Of a DNA stretch of 64,000 nucleotides, positions 35,286-45,900 are shown piece by piece. Each line of letters begins with the position of its first letter. Position 1 is the stretch's first letter. The DNA is taken from NCBI GenBank assembly GCA_035263125.1, contig DATFRP010000196.1:22551-86550 (forward strand). The letters are read 5' to 3'. The notes under the pieces were generated by a model. It worked only from the letters and a program-made list of their open reading frames with translations, had not been told where the DNA came from and made no database searches. Origin of the DNA: Vicinamibacterales bacterium. GTDB taxonomy: Bacteria; Acidobacteriota; Vicinamibacteria; Vicinamibacterales; UBA2999. The position numbers and the translations under genes were made by a program.

Positions 35286-38200
35286 ATGATGCGCGCACTA
35301 GCCAAAGGCGTGTTGACGTGTCTGTGTCTGGCCTTGTTGCCCGGCGCAGTCTACGCCCAGGCGACTATTCAGGGAGTCGTGAAGGATACGTCAGGCGCGG
35401 TATTGCCTGGCGTGACCGTTGAAGCATCGAGTCCGGTGCTCATTGAGAAAACGAGGTCGACCGTCACTGACGGTTCAGGCCAGTATCAGATCATCAACCT
35501 CCTGCCAGGGACCTACACCGTCACGTTCACGCTGAGCGGGTTCAACGTGTTCAAGCGTGACGGGATCGAACTGAACGGATCGTTCGTGGCGACGCTCAAC
35601 GCCGACATGAAGGTCGGCGCGATCGCTGAAACGATCACCGTCACCGGCCAGACACCGCTCGTCGATGTGCGCAGCGCTGCGGTGCAGAAGGTCGTCACGA
35701 AAGAGATCGTCGACACGGTGCCGACAGGTCGACTCGGCATCAACCTCGCCGCGCTGCAGCCGGGCATCATCCTCGGCGCTGGTGGCTCGGTCGGAGGCGC
35801 CAACACCAATTCGCTGACGTCTCAGGATGTGGGCGGCACTGCCGGCGACACGTTCACCGATCTCGCAATCCACGGCGGCAAGCCGGCGGAACAGCGGCAG
35901 ACGATCGGCGGCCTCTCTGCCGCGACCACAATTCGTTTCGGTGAATCACTGAGCAGCTCGCCCAGCTTCACCGCGATGCAGGAGATGTCGGTCAACACCT
36001 CCGGCGCTGACGCGTCGCTCGCGGGCGGAGGCGTTCAGATCAACTACGTGCCGCGCGACGGCGGCAACACGTTCAAAGGCCTGATGTTCTACTCGGGCGC
36101 CAGCGGCGCGATGCAGGGCACGAACTACACCACCGGCACGAGAGACGCGAGCGGCAATTGCACGCCGGCGGAGAGCATGTTCTGCCGCGGCCTGGTGACG
36201 CAACCCGGTGCGCTGAAAACGGTCTACGACATCAATCCGGGATTCGGCGGTCCGATCTTGAAGGACAAACTGTGGTGGTTCGCGACTGCACGATGGACCA
36301 AGGCCGAGAACTACGTCCCGAACAACTATCCGAACAGGAACTTCGTGGTCGGACAAACCAACCCGACGCTCCTCAACACCGCCACGATGTCCTACGTTCC
36401 CGAGCAGTCGCAGCCGCTCTACACGACACTCGGCGGCGGCGGCTACTTCTGGGAACAGACGGCGCGGCTCTCGTGGCAGATGGACCAGAAGAACAAGTTC
36501 GGCTTCTACTACAACAACAAGAAACGGGAGTACACGAACGCCCTCAACGGTACCGCTCATGAAGCGTTGAACACGACGTACTTCTTCCCGTTCTCCGACA
36601 ACCTGGTGCAGTGGTCGGCGCCACAGACCAACAGGCTCCTGCTCGAGGCCGGCTTCTGGCGTCACCAGGAAACGTGGGGAGGCCGCAGGGCTGCGACCGA
36701 TATCGCGGACCCACTGGCCGTTGGCGTCACCGACAACAACCCGCAGTCGACCGTACCTGGGTACACCCAGTTGATCAACAACTATCACGGCCGCGTCGGC
36801 GCAACCGATACACCGAGCCACAACCCGAACTACCGTGGCAACTTCGCGGCGTCGTACGTGACCGGCTCGCATTCGTTCAAGACCGGTATCGACTTGAACG
36901 GCGCGTTCCGATGGTCGAACAACTTGTCGGTGGTTCCATACAGCTACGTCGTGAGCACCTTGGCGAGCAATGGGGTCGGCGTCGGCATCCCCGTGCCGCA
37001 AAGCCTCTCGCTGCGCTCGGACGGCTGCACCGATCCGCTCGTGCGTCAGGTCAACGGCGGTCTCGTCGGAGGAGACACGACCATCCACGATTGCCCGACG
37101 CCTGCCCTCGGCTCGCCCAACAAGGTGACGAGCGAAGGCGGCATCTTCGCGCAGGACAAGTGGACGATCAATCGCCTGACGTTGAGCGGCGGCATCCGGA
37201 TGGACTGGTTCTTCTCGGAGAACCCGGCGTTCCATCTCGGGCCGTCGCTGCTGACGCCGCTTCGCAACTACGACGTGCCGAAGTTCAGCACGACGCGCTA
37301 CAAGGACTGGACGCCGAAGGCGGCGATGGCCTACGACCTGTTTGGTGACGGCAAGACCGCGCTCAAGGTCAACGTCGGCAAGTACGTGCTGGGGCAGGCG
37401 CTGGTGCTGGGTGGTCTCGCGAGCCAGGCGGGCTACAACATCCAGCTGACATCGTCGCGAACCTGGATCGACAACAACAACAACTTCATTCCTGACTGCG
37501 ATCTGACTCGTAACACCAACCAGGGGCCGGCACCAGGGCAGGAGCCGCAGATCGATACCTGTCTCGCGGCCGTTGGCCCGAACGCCAACTTCTACAGCAA
37601 CACGCTCTTCCCCAACCTCGCGGTGCAGGACGATGCTCGGTACGGATGGGGCAAGCGTCCGTACAGCTGGGAGTTGTCGACGAGCGCGCAGCACGAAATC
37701 GGCCGCGGCGTGTCGGTGAACGGCGGCGTGTTCTGGCGCTGGTTCGGCAACTTCCTCGTGACCGACAATACGTCGGCGACGGTCGAAAACTTCACTGAGT
37801 TCTCGGTCAACCCGTCGGTGATTCCTACTGCTCCGTCCCAGTCCGGCGGTCAGCAGCTGCCGAGCGACATCAACACGGCTCACTTCTACAACCTCAACCC
37901 GGGCGTCCCCGTCACCAACCTGCAGGGGTTGTCAAAGACGATGTTCCCCGGCAGCAACGTGTATGACCACTGGTTCGGATTCGACCTCGGTCTGAATGCG
38001 CGGCTGCCACAGGGCATCATCTTCCAGGGCGGTCTCAGCACCGGTCATCAGACGACCGACTACTGCGACGTCCAGGATCCGGCAAAGGCTGGCACCAAGG
38101 CGCTCGTCGAAATGCTCGGCGCCTCGTCGCTCAATACCTGTCACATGGATCAGAACTGGTTGCCGCAGGTGAAGTTCCTCGGCTCGTACACCGTGCCGAA

Positions 38201-38621
38201 GATCGACGTGCAGATCGGCGCGTCGTTCCAGAGCATTCCGGGCGTCGAGTACGCCGCGAACTACGCAGCGGCAAACTCAACGACTCCCGATCCGACCAAC
38301 GCGGCCAACATCGGTCTGTCGCGGCCGGTCTCACAAGGAGGTCTCGGTCGACTGCCATCGGGAGGCGCGGCAACCGGCACGACCACGCTCAGCCTGATTC
38401 AGCCAGGCTCGCTCTACGGTTCGCGCTTCAATCAGATCGACGCGCGCTTCGGAAAGGTCGTCCGATTCGCCCAGCGCCGGGCGGTGGTGAGTCTCGATCT
38501 GTTCAACGTGCTCAACGCCGACACGATCGCACTGGCAAGCAGCACCTATGCAACGTGGCTTGCACCTCAGGCCGTCGTTGCGCCTCGTCTGATGAAAGTC
38601 TCGTTGACGTTCGACTTCTAA
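35286..38621 (+). CDS. Large TonB-dependent receptor-like outer-membrane protein with N-terminal CarboxypepD_reg-like domain (receptor 1, 1111 aa)
   Basis: Signal peptide MMRALAKGVLTCLCLALLPGAVYAQA; GVVKDTSGAVLPGVTVEASSPVLIEKTRSTVTDGSGQYQIINLLPGTYTVTFTLSGF; C-terminal barrel signature ...KVSLTFDF. RBS GGGAGG lies before ATG 35286. The ORF-track start at 34737 is an artefactual extension. Confidence 0.8.
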   Translation: MMRALAKGVLTCLCLALLPGAVYAQATIQGVVKDTSGAVLPGVTVEASSPVLIEKTRSTVTDGSGQYQIINLLPGTYTVTFTLSGFNVFKRDGIELNGSFVATLNADMKVGAIAETITVTGQTPLVDVRSAAVQKVVTKEIVDTVPTGRLGINLAALQPGIILGAGGSVGGANTNSLTSQDVGGTAGDTFTDLAIHGGKPAEQRQTIGGLSAATTIRFGESLSSSPSFTAMQEMSVNTSGADASLAGGGVQINYVPRDGGNTFKGLMFYSGASGAMQGTNYTTGTRDASGNCTPAESMFCRGLVTQPGALKTVYDINPGFGGPILKDKLWWFATARWTKAENYVPNNYPNRNFVVGQTNPTLLNTATMSYVPEQSQPLYTTLGGGGYFWEQTARLSWQMDQKNKFGFYYNNKKREYTNALNGTAHEALNTTYFFPFSDNLVQWSAPQTNRLLLEAGFWRHQETWGGRRAATDIADPLAVGVTDNNPQSTVPGYTQLINNYHGRVGATDTPSHNPNYRGNFAASYVTGSHSFKTGIDLNGAFRWSNNLSVVPYSYVVSTLASNGVGVGIPVPQSLSLRSDGCTDPLVRQVNGGLVGGDTTIHDCPTPALGSPNKVTSEGGIFAQDKWTINRLTLSGGIRMDWFFSENPAFHLGPSLLTPLRNYDVPKFSTTRYKDWTPKAAMAYDLFGDGKTALKVNVGKYVLGQALVLGGLASQAGYNIQLTSSRTWIDNNNNFIPDCDLTRNTNQGPAPGQEPQIDTCLAAVGPNANFYSNTLFPNLAVQDDARYGWGKRPYSWELSTSAQHEIGRGVSVNGGVFWRWFGNFLVTDNTSATVENFTEFSVNPSVIPTAPSQSGGQQLPSDINTAHFYNLNPGVPVTNLQGLSKTMFPGSNVYDHWFGFDLGLNARLPQGIIFQGGLSTGHQTTDYCDVQDPAKAGTKALVEMLGASSLNTCHMDQNWLPQVKFLGSYTVPKIDVQIGASFQSIPGVEYAANYAAANSTTPDPTNAANIGLSRPVSQGGLGRLPSGGAATGTTTLSLIQPGSLYGSRFNQIDARFGKVVRFAQRRAVVSLDLFNVLNADTIALASSTYATWLAPQAVVAPRLMKVSLTFDF

Positions 38622-38678
38622 AGGTAGATAGGTCCGCCTTCGCCGTTTGGGCTTCGGCGAGACGCAGGGCAAGTGGGG

Positions 38679-38715
38679 GCGGGTAAGGCCGCAAGGTCTT
38701 ACCCGCTCTTTTTTT
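38679..38715 (+). terminator. Rho-independent terminator after receptor 1
   Basis: A 12-bp stem gcgggtaaggcc / ggtcttacccgc (one G:U) with a GCAA tetraloop, followed by tcttttttt. Confidence 0.8.
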
Positions 38716-38736
38716 GAGTAACATCCGATCGTCCAC

Positions 38737-40509
38737 GTGTCATTTCCCAGGTACTCCGTTCTTGCTGCCGCGCTGTGTGTCGCCTGCGCGGCGTGTGGAT
38801 CCACTCCCCCTCAGAGCCCCGCGCCCACACCGAAGGCGAACTCCGCGCTCGAGATCAAGGGAGACTGGTTCACGGAACGCGCCGAGGAGAGCGGGCTCGC
38901 CTTCACGCATGTCAACGGCATGTCGGGCAAGTTCCATTACGCCGAGATCATCGCGCCCGGCGCTGCGCTGTTCGACTACGACAACGACGGAGACCTGGAC
39001 GTCTACCTCGTGCAGGGCTCGGAATTCGGGAAGCCAGGTCCGGGCGGTCGTTTGTTTCGCAACGATCTCCTCGTCAATCCTGACGGCACGCGCACGCTTC
39101 ATTTCACTGACGTCACCGCCGCGAGCAGAATCGTTGCTCGCGGATATGGGATGGGTGCGGCGACCGGTGACATCAACAACGATGGCTGTCTCGATCTGTA
39201 TCTGACCAACCTCGGGGCCAATCAGCTGTTTCGCAACAACTGCGATGGCACGTTCACCGATGTCTCGAGGCAGAGCCGCACTGATAGTGCATCATGGAGC
39301 GTCTCGGCCTCGTACTTCGATTACGACCGTGACGGATGGCTCGATCTGTTCGTCGGCAATTATCTGAACTGGCGCGTCGAATCGAGCCAGCCGTGCTTCA
39401 GCGCGTCGGGGAGACCCGATTACTGTTCACCTAACGTGTACCAGCCGCAGCCGAGCCGCCTGTATCACAACAATCGCGACGGCACGTTCACCGATGTCAG
39501 CAACGCCTCGGGCATCCTGCACGAGTTCGGACCTGCGCTCGGCGTCTCGGCTGCCGACTTCAACGGCGACGGGTGGATAGACTTCTACGTGGCCAACGAT
39601 GGCCAGCCCAATCAGCTGTGGATCAATCAGCACGACGGCACGTTCAGGAACACCGGGCTGCTGTCGGGCACTGCGCTGAGCGCGCACGGGAAAGCCAAAG
39701 CGGGCATGGGGGTCGCCGCCGGCGACATCGACAACGACGGCGACGAAGATCTGTTCGTGACCAACCTGACTGGCGAGGGGAACGACCTGTACATCAACGA
39801 TGGCTCCGGTCTGTTCGAGGAACAGAGCGGGCGCTCCGGCCTGGGCGCCCCCAGCCGCGGGTACACCGGCTTCGGGACAGCATGGTTCGACATCGACAAC
39901 GACGGCTGGCTCGATACGCTCATCGTCAATGGCGCGGTGCAGACCATCGAGGCGCTCAGGCGAGTGAACGACCCCTTTCCGCTGCATCAGCGCAAGCTGC
40001 TGTTTCACAATCTGCGAAACGGTCGATTCGAAGATGTCAGCGCGCGCGGCGGTGCGGCGTTCGCGTTGTCAGAGGTCGGCCGCGGCGCGGCGTTCGGCGA
40101 TATCGACAACGATGGTGATGTCGACGTGCTCGTGGCCAACAACAACGGCAGGCCGCGGCTGCTCGTCAACAACATCGGCACTCGCAATCACTGGATCGGC
40201 CTCCGGCTGGTCGGGCAAGTCCGCCTGAAGGCGGACACTACATCCGATGTAGTGTCCGGCTCTAGCCGGACCCGCGACATGCTCGGAACGCGCGTTGGGG
40301 TCGTCCTCGACAACGGATCAACGCTGTGGCGACGGGCCCACTCGGACGGGAGCTATGCATCGGCCAGCGATCCTCGCGTGCTCGTCGGGCTCGGGCAGTC
40401 GACGAGTGCTCCTCGCGTGCGGGTCGTGTGGCCTGACGGCAAGACCGAAGAATGGACGACGGTCGCCATCGATCGGTACACCACGCTCGCAGAAGGCACC
40501 GGCAAATGA
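38737..40509 (+). CDS. CRTAC1-family lipoprotein: 7-bladed FG-GAP/VCBS beta-propeller + ASPIC/UnbV C-terminal domain (pair 1)
   Basis: Lipobox-like N-terminus MSFPRYSVLAAALCVACAACGS. Seven Ca-binding-type blades (DYDNDGDLDVYLV, GDINNDGCLDLYL, FDYDRDGWLDLFV, ADFNGDGWIDFYV, GDIDNDGDEDLFV, FDIDNDGWLDTLIV, GDIDNDGDVDVLV). UnbV-like end (NHWIGLRLVG...GSYASASDPRVLVGLG). GTG start. Confidence 0.8.
   Translation: MSFPRYSVLAAALCVACAACGSTPPQSPAPTPKANSALEIKGDWFTERAEESGLAFTHVNGMSGKFHYAEIIAPGAALFDYDNDGDLDVYLVQGSEFGKPGPGGRLFRNDLLVNPDGTRTLHFTDVTAASRIVARGYGMGAATGDINNDGCLDLYLTNLGANQLFRNNCDGTFTDVSRQSRTDSASWSVSASYFDYDRDGWLDLFVGNYLNWRVESSQPCFSASGRPDYCSPNVYQPQPSRLYHNNRDGTFTDVSNASGILHEFGPALGVSAADFNGDGWIDFYVANDGQPNQLWINQHDGTFRNTGLLSGTALSAHGKAKAGMGVAAGDIDNDGDEDLFVTNLTGEGNDLYINDGSGLFEEQSGRSGLGAPSRGYTGFGTAWFDIDNDGWLDTLIVNGAVQTIEALRRVNDPFPLHQRKLLFHNLRNGRFEDVSARGGAAFALSEVGRGAAFGDIDNDGDVDVLVANNNGRPRLLVNNIGTRNHWIGLRLVGQVRLKADTTSDVVSGSSRTRDMLGTRVGVVLDNGSTLWRRAHSDGSYASASDPRVLVGLGQSTSAPRVRVVWPDGKTEEWTTVAIDRYTTLAEGTGK
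40219..40271. repeat. Three abutting perfect hairpins inserted in-frame in the CRTAC1 (pair 1) coding sequence
   Basis: gtccgcc-tgaa-ggcggac (40219-40236), acactacat-ccg-atgtagtgt (40235-40255) and gtccggc-tcta-gccggac (40254-40271). They encode VRLKADTTSDVVSGSSRT, a segment absent from the paralog at 47661-49352. Confidence 0.8.
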
Positions 40510-41855
40510 TGCGCACGGCGCGATGGGTCGCGACCACCCTCGTCCTCTCCCTGCTGACGGTCGCCTGCTCGTCGGGATCGAAGGACGCATCGACGACGCC
40601 TGAACAGACTGCGTCGACCGCCTCGCTGCCCGCTGTCTCACTGCCGGACCTTTCCCGCATGGAGCCGTCGGTTCAGAAGCAGATGACCGAACAGTCGAAG
40701 GTGTTGACCACGCTCGTCGCCGACCGGAAGACACCTCCGGCCGATCTCGCGAAGGCCTACGGAGCCGTCGGCAACCTGCTGATGGCGGCTGACTACAACG
40801 AAGCCGCGGAACCCTACTACCTCCACGCGCAGTCGCTCGCGCCCACCGTTGCGAAGTGGCCGTACTACCTCGGACACGTGTACATGGCGATGGCCCAACC
40901 GACGAAGTCGATCGCATCGTTCGAGCAAGCGCTCGCGTTGCAGCCGAACGACATCGCCACGCTGGTGTGGCTGGGCAGCGTCTATCTCGATCAGGGACAG
41001 CCCGAGCTGGCGGAGCCGCGCTTCGCGCAGGCGCTTGCGGTACAGCCTCAAACAGTAGCGGCGCGATTCGGTCTCGGTCGCGCAGCACTCGCTCGACGCG
41101 ACTACGCGCGGGCGGTCGAACAATTCGAGCAGGTGCTATCGGCCGATCCGCGTGCCTCGATCGCACACTATCCGCTCGCACAGGCCTATCGCGCTCTCGG
41201 GGACACCGCGAGGGCGGAGGCGCATCTGCGTCAGCAAGGCAGTGTGGAAGTGGGGCCGCCGGATCCGCTGATGGTGGAGCTGCGCGGTCTCCTGCACAGC
41301 TCGGTGGCCGAAGAGAATCGCGGCATGCGCGCGCTCGACAGCGGCGACTTCAAGGCCGCGGTCGAACACTTCCGCAAGGGCGTCGAGCTTGCGCCCGACA
41401 ATCCATCGCTTCGACACAAGCTGGGAACGGCGTTGTCGCTGATGGGCGATACCGCGGGCGCAGTCGAACAGTTTCGAGAGACGGTGCACCGATCGCCGGA
41501 CTTCGCGCAGGCGCACTACAGCCTCGGTGTACTGCTGGCCGCACACGGCCAGACGAAGGACGGAATCGAACAGCTGTCAGCCGCGGTACGGTACGACCCG
41601 AACTACGTCGACGCTCGTCTTCGATTGGGCGAAATGCTTGGACGCACCGGACAGTTCGAACAGGCGCTGGCGCAGTACAAGCAGGTGCTCGCGATCGATC
41701 CGCGCGTTGCCGATGCGCGGTTCGGATACGCAGGGGCGCTCGTCGGGCTGCGCCGCTATCAGGAAGCGCGCGCGATGCTCGCCGAGTCGTCGAAGCTCTA
41801 TCCCGATCAGCCCAGGTTTGCTGAAGCGTTGGCACGCATGCAGGGTGCGAAATGA
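40506..41855 (+). CDS. TPR-repeat lipoprotein (pair 1)
   Basis: Lipobox MMRTARWVATTLVLSLLTVAC|SS. There are multiple TPR units (e.g. AHYSLGVLLAAHGQTKDGIEQLSAAVRYDPNY). An ATGA start/stop overlap links it to the upstream CRTAC1 gene. It is paralogous to the TPR genes at 49369 and 46069. Confidence 0.8.
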   Translation: MMRTARWVATTLVLSLLTVACSSGSKDASTTPEQTASTASLPAVSLPDLSRMEPSVQKQMTEQSKVLTTLVADRKTPPADLAKAYGAVGNLLMAADYNEAAEPYYLHAQSLAPTVAKWPYYLGHVYMAMAQPTKSIASFEQALALQPNDIATLVWLGSVYLDQGQPELAEPRFAQALAVQPQTVAARFGLGRAALARRDYARAVEQFEQVLSADPRASIAHYPLAQAYRALGDTARAEAHLRQQGSVEVGPPDPLMVELRGLLHSSVAEENRGMRALDSGDFKAAVEHFRKGVELAPDNPSLRHKLGTALSLMGDTAGAVEQFRETVHRSPDFAQAHYSLGVLLAAHGQTKDGIEQLSAAVRYDPNYVDARLRLGEMLGRTGQFEQALAQYKQVLAIDPRVADARFGYAGALVGLRRYQEARAMLAESSKLYPDQPRFAEALARMQGAK

Positions 41856-41877
41856 GTAGTGTGGGCTCTGCCCCGCT

Positions 41878-42822
41878 CTAGGCCCTCAGCGCTGTCACTC
41901 CCCGGCTGACCGGCACACGTCTCGGCTGTGGATACTCGTGCCACACGCACTCGAGGAATTGACGCACCAGTCGTGACGCCTCGCCCCTGCGACTCGCGAC
42001 ACACACTTCGATCGTGGCGCCCGGATCGGCGACAGGCAGGACTGCCACACCGCTCGCCGGCTGAGGACTGGTGAGCGGAACACCGAGGCAGAGGTAGACG
42101 CCTTTCCCGGACGCAACGAGCATCAACCCGGCGTGATTGTATGGACCGGCACCAGGCGTCGGTGTCATCGTCGGGTTCACTCCTGCGCGTGCATAGAGAT
42201 CGAGGACGCGATCGTACAGCGCCGGCCCGATGTGGCGATCCCAGAGCAGCAGCGGCGTCTCGGCAAGGTCGCGGATCCGCACTTCTTCGAGCGCCGCGAA
42301 CGGACTGTCGTCACCGACGACTGCTTGAATGCGCTCGTGATAGATCGGCGCGACGTCGAGGATGGTCTGATCGAGCGGCGGACGCGCGAACACGACATCC
42401 AGCTGGGAGCTGCGCAGCTGCTCGTGCAGATCGTCGGCGCAATAGACGTCCCGTACTTCGAACGTGACGTCGGGTCGCTGCTTCGTGAACTCGACTCGAA
42501 GACGATTGACCACATCCCAGAGGCCCCACCCGATCCCGATGCGGATGCGATTCTCTTCGCCGCGCGCCATTTGACGCGCGGCCTCGCAGAAGTCGCTTCC
42601 AGCCGCGTCGAGCGCGCGCGCTTTCTCGAGCAGACGCTTGCCGTCCTCGGTGAGCGTGACCCCTTGCCGGTGCCGGAGAAACAGCGTCAATCCGAGCTCT
42701 TCCTCGAGCTGATGGATGTGACGGCTGAGTGGAGGCTGGGAGATGTGGAGACGCTCGGCGGCCTTCGTTACGCTCAGGGCGTCGGCAACAGCGATGAACG
42801 CTTTAATGTGCCGGAAGTCCAT
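41878..42822 (-). CDS. LysR-family transcriptional regulator
   Basis: N-terminal HTH MDFRHIKAFIAVADALSVTKAAERLHISQPPLSRHIHQLEEELGLTLF plus a LysR substrate-binding domain. It is divergent from receptor 2. Confidence 0.9.
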   Translation of the reverse strand: MDFRHIKAFIAVADALSVTKAAERLHISQPPLSRHIHQLEEELGLTLFLRHRQGVTLTEDGKRLLEKARALDAAGSDFCEAARQMARGEENRIRIGIGWGLWDVVNRLRVEFTKQRPDVTFEVRDVYCADDLHEQLRSSQLDVVFARPPLDQTILDVAPIYHERIQAVVGDDSPFAALEEVRIRDLAETPLLLWDRHIGPALYDRVLDLYARAGVNPTMTPTPGAGPYNHAGLMLVASGKGVYLCLGVPLTSPQPASGVAVLPVADPGATIEVCVASRRGEASRLVRQFLECVWHEYPQPRRVPVSRGVTALRA

Positions 42823-42836
42823 GGGGGCCGGATTCT

Positions 42837-42851
42837 ATACCAAATCCGTAT
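42837..42851. promoter_or_regulatory. Candidate LysR-type regulator binding site ATAC-N7-GTAT (T-N11-A class)
   Basis: ATACcaaatccGTAT lies 15 nt upstream of the LysR start in the 124-bp divergent region. A second dyad, ACAT-N6-ATGT, is at 42858-42871. ATAC-N7-GTAT is the known core for CatR/BenM-type LTTRs. Confidence 0.45.
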
Positions 42852-42946
42852 ACCTGCACATTGAAAGATGTATTGGACAGTTGCGGCCGAACGCGCGAGG
42901 GTATGCGCGTCAGAGTCACGGTGGTGCGGCTCAAGGAGAGGTGTGC

Positions 42947-45900
42947 ATGAGTCCCATGAAGCACTTGCTGTTGGCAATCACGATCGTATTGAGCGTGCCA
43001 CTCGCCGCCTCCGCCCAGGCCACACTGTCGGGCACGGTCAAGGACCCGTCCGGCGGAGTGCTCCCGGGAGTGACCGTCGAGGCATCGAGTCCGGTCCTGA
43101 TCGAGAAGGTCAGAACTGGCGTCACGGACGGCACCGGCCGCTACACTATCCCCGACCTTCGGCCCGGAACCTATCGAGTGACCTTTGCTCTCTCGGGGTT
43201 CAAGACGGTCGTTCGTGAGGGCGTCGTGCTCACCGGAACGGCGGTCTTCGACGCGAGCGCAGAGCTCGCCGTCGGGAACCTGCAGGAAACCATCACCGTC
43301 ACCGGCGAAACACCGGTCGTCAATCTGGAATCGACGACGCGTCAGGCCGTCATGGACCAGGCGATCGTCACCGCGATCCCGAGCTCGCGCACGCCCTTTA
43401 CGGTCGGTGTGCTGATCCCCGGTGTGCGGAAGGGCGCGTTCACTGGTCAGGACGTCGGCGGCTCGGTGGTGCAGGAAGTCGCCTCGCTCGAAGCCAACGG
43501 CGGCCGAACGTCTGACCAGCGCATGATGGTCAACGGCGTCGCGTTGAGCTCGATGATCGCCGGCGGCTGGGGCGGCGGCGCGGTGCCGAATGCGACCGGT
43601 ACCGCGGAGTTTGCGATCGACGTCTCGGCGGTCGATGCCCAGGCAGCGACCGGCGGCGTCCGCATCAACTTCATTCCGCGAGATGGCGGCAATCGATACA
43701 GCGGCGCCATCTTCGCCAGCTACGCGAACCAGGATTTCGCGAGCGACAACTTCACGGGAAGCGACGTCCAAAAAGCGGGCCTGGCAGTACCCGGCACGAT
43801 CAAGGCGAATGGCGACCTCAATCCTGGATTCGGCGGTCCCATCCAGAAGGACAAGCTCTGGTTCTTCCTGTCCGGCCGATCGCTCTTCGCTGACAACTAC
43901 GTCGCCAGCACGTTCTTCAACCAGAACGCGAACAACCCGAATCGGTACGACTACGTCCCGTCGACCAATCAGGCGATCCTCCATCAGGAACAGACGATCT
44001 ATCAGGCGCGACTGACCTGGCAGGCGGCGCCGAAGCACAAGATCGGACTGACCTACGACCAGGAGAACTTCTGCGCCTGCACAACGGGGATCGGTCCCGG
44101 GATCGGCGGCGCGATCACCTCGCCGGAGGCCGGCAACGATCGTCGTTTCCCGCTCCAGCGATTCGTGACGATGGACTGGAGCACGCCGGTGAGCAATCGA
44201 CTGCTGGTTGAAGCGAGCGCCATTCACCGCGTTGAACGCTGGGGCGGCATGGAGCCGCAGGTCGGCAAGCTGGGGAACATCGACCACCTCACACCAGGCA
44301 TGATCTCGGTAACCGACAGCCTCAACCCGGTGACCGGTGGAGGGCTGACGTATCGGGCGGCCACCAGTTACAACAACTCGTGGAACTGGAACATCCACTA
44401 CCGGGCGGCCGTGTCGTATATCACCGGGTCCAACCAGTTCAAAGTCGGTTTCAACAACGCCTACGGGCATCACGAGAACACGACCTACAGCTCTCCGGCA
44501 GCGCCGTACAGCTACGGATTCACGTCGATGGTGCCCACCTCGATCACCTACCAACTGGTTCCTCGAACCGTGGAGGTGAACGTCAATCGTGACATGGGAC
44601 TGTTCGCTCAGGACAAATGGACGACCGGTCGGTGGACGCTCGCGGGCGCCATCCGTTGGGATTCGTTTGCAAACAGTTTCCCGCCGCAGGGCATCTCGGG
44701 GACCTTCTTCGGCCGGAACGTCAACATTCAATACGACAAGATCGACAACCTCAGTTGGAACGACATCACGCCGCGACTTGGCGCGACCTATGACGTGTTC
44801 GGCAACGGGAAGACGGCTCTGAAGGTCACGCTGAACAAGTACCTCGAGGGGCTGGGCACCACCGGGTTCGGCCCTGCGCAGGTGACCGACGCGCCGAATC
44901 CGATTCTCAGCCTGTCGACCACGGCGGGGCGACCCTGGGCTGACGCCAACAGCAACTTCGTGCCCAACTGCGATCTGAACAACTTCGCGCTCAACGGCGA
45001 ATGCGGGGCCCTGGACAACCCGAACTTCGGGTCGCTCATCCCCACCAGGAGCTACGACCCGGACCTGATGAAGGGCTGGGGCAAGCGGTCCTTCAACTGG
45101 GAGTTCACGACGAGCGTCCAGCACGAGATCATCCCGCGCATGTCGATCGACGTGCAGTATGCGCGGCGGTGGTACGGGAACATCCGCATCATGGACGATC
45201 TCGCCGCCAAGGCGTCGGATTACACGCCGGTCACGGTCACCGCACCCAGTGACTCGCGCCTGCCGAACGGCGGCGGATATCCCTTGACCGTGATGAATCT
45301 GAGTCCGACGGTCGCGGCACAAAACTACTTCGTGACGCTGTCGAACAACTATGGGAAACAGACGGAACACTTCGACGGCGTGAACGTCACGCTCAATGCC
45401 CGCCTGCAGAACGGACTGCTTCTCCAGGGCGGCATGGGCACGGGCAGGCAGGTCACCAACGACTGCGCTGTGGTCGACCAGCTGCCGGAGATGCTCCACA
45501 CCTTCTTCGGCGATCCGACGCGGCTCTTCTTCTTTGCCGCGCGGCCGAAAGAGTTCTGCGAGCAGAACAACGGCTTCATGACCTCGATTCAGGGGCTCGC
45601 CGCCTACACGCTCCCGAAGATCGACGTGCAGATCAGCGGCTCGTTCCAGAACCTGCCCGGGGCGGTGGTCCAAGCCAATGCGAACTACACGGGTCTTCCT
45701 CCAGGGGCCATTCCGGGTTCGATCTCGGGCGCATATCCGTTCATTCCGTTCAAGGCGGTCCAGATCGTCGACCCGGGCCAGCTCTATATCGAGCGGCTGA
45801 ACCAGATCGACCTGCGCCTGTCGAAAATCTTCCGCATCAACAACACGCGGACGAACATCAACTTCGACTTCTACAACGTGACGAACTCCAACTCGATTAT

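Noticed and set aside
35946-37883. 645-aa minus-strand ORF antisense to receptor 1
   Set aside because: Same reasoning: it is a shadow ORF of a well-supported plus-strand gene.
42803-45673. 956-aa ORF on the minus strand, completely antisense to the receptor 2 gene
   Set aside because: The composition is Arg/Gly/Asp/Val-rich with no recognisable motifs. The plus-strand frame encodes a clearly homologous TonB-receptor paralog with a signal peptide and a barrel terminus. Long stop-free antisense frames are expected in high-GC genes.
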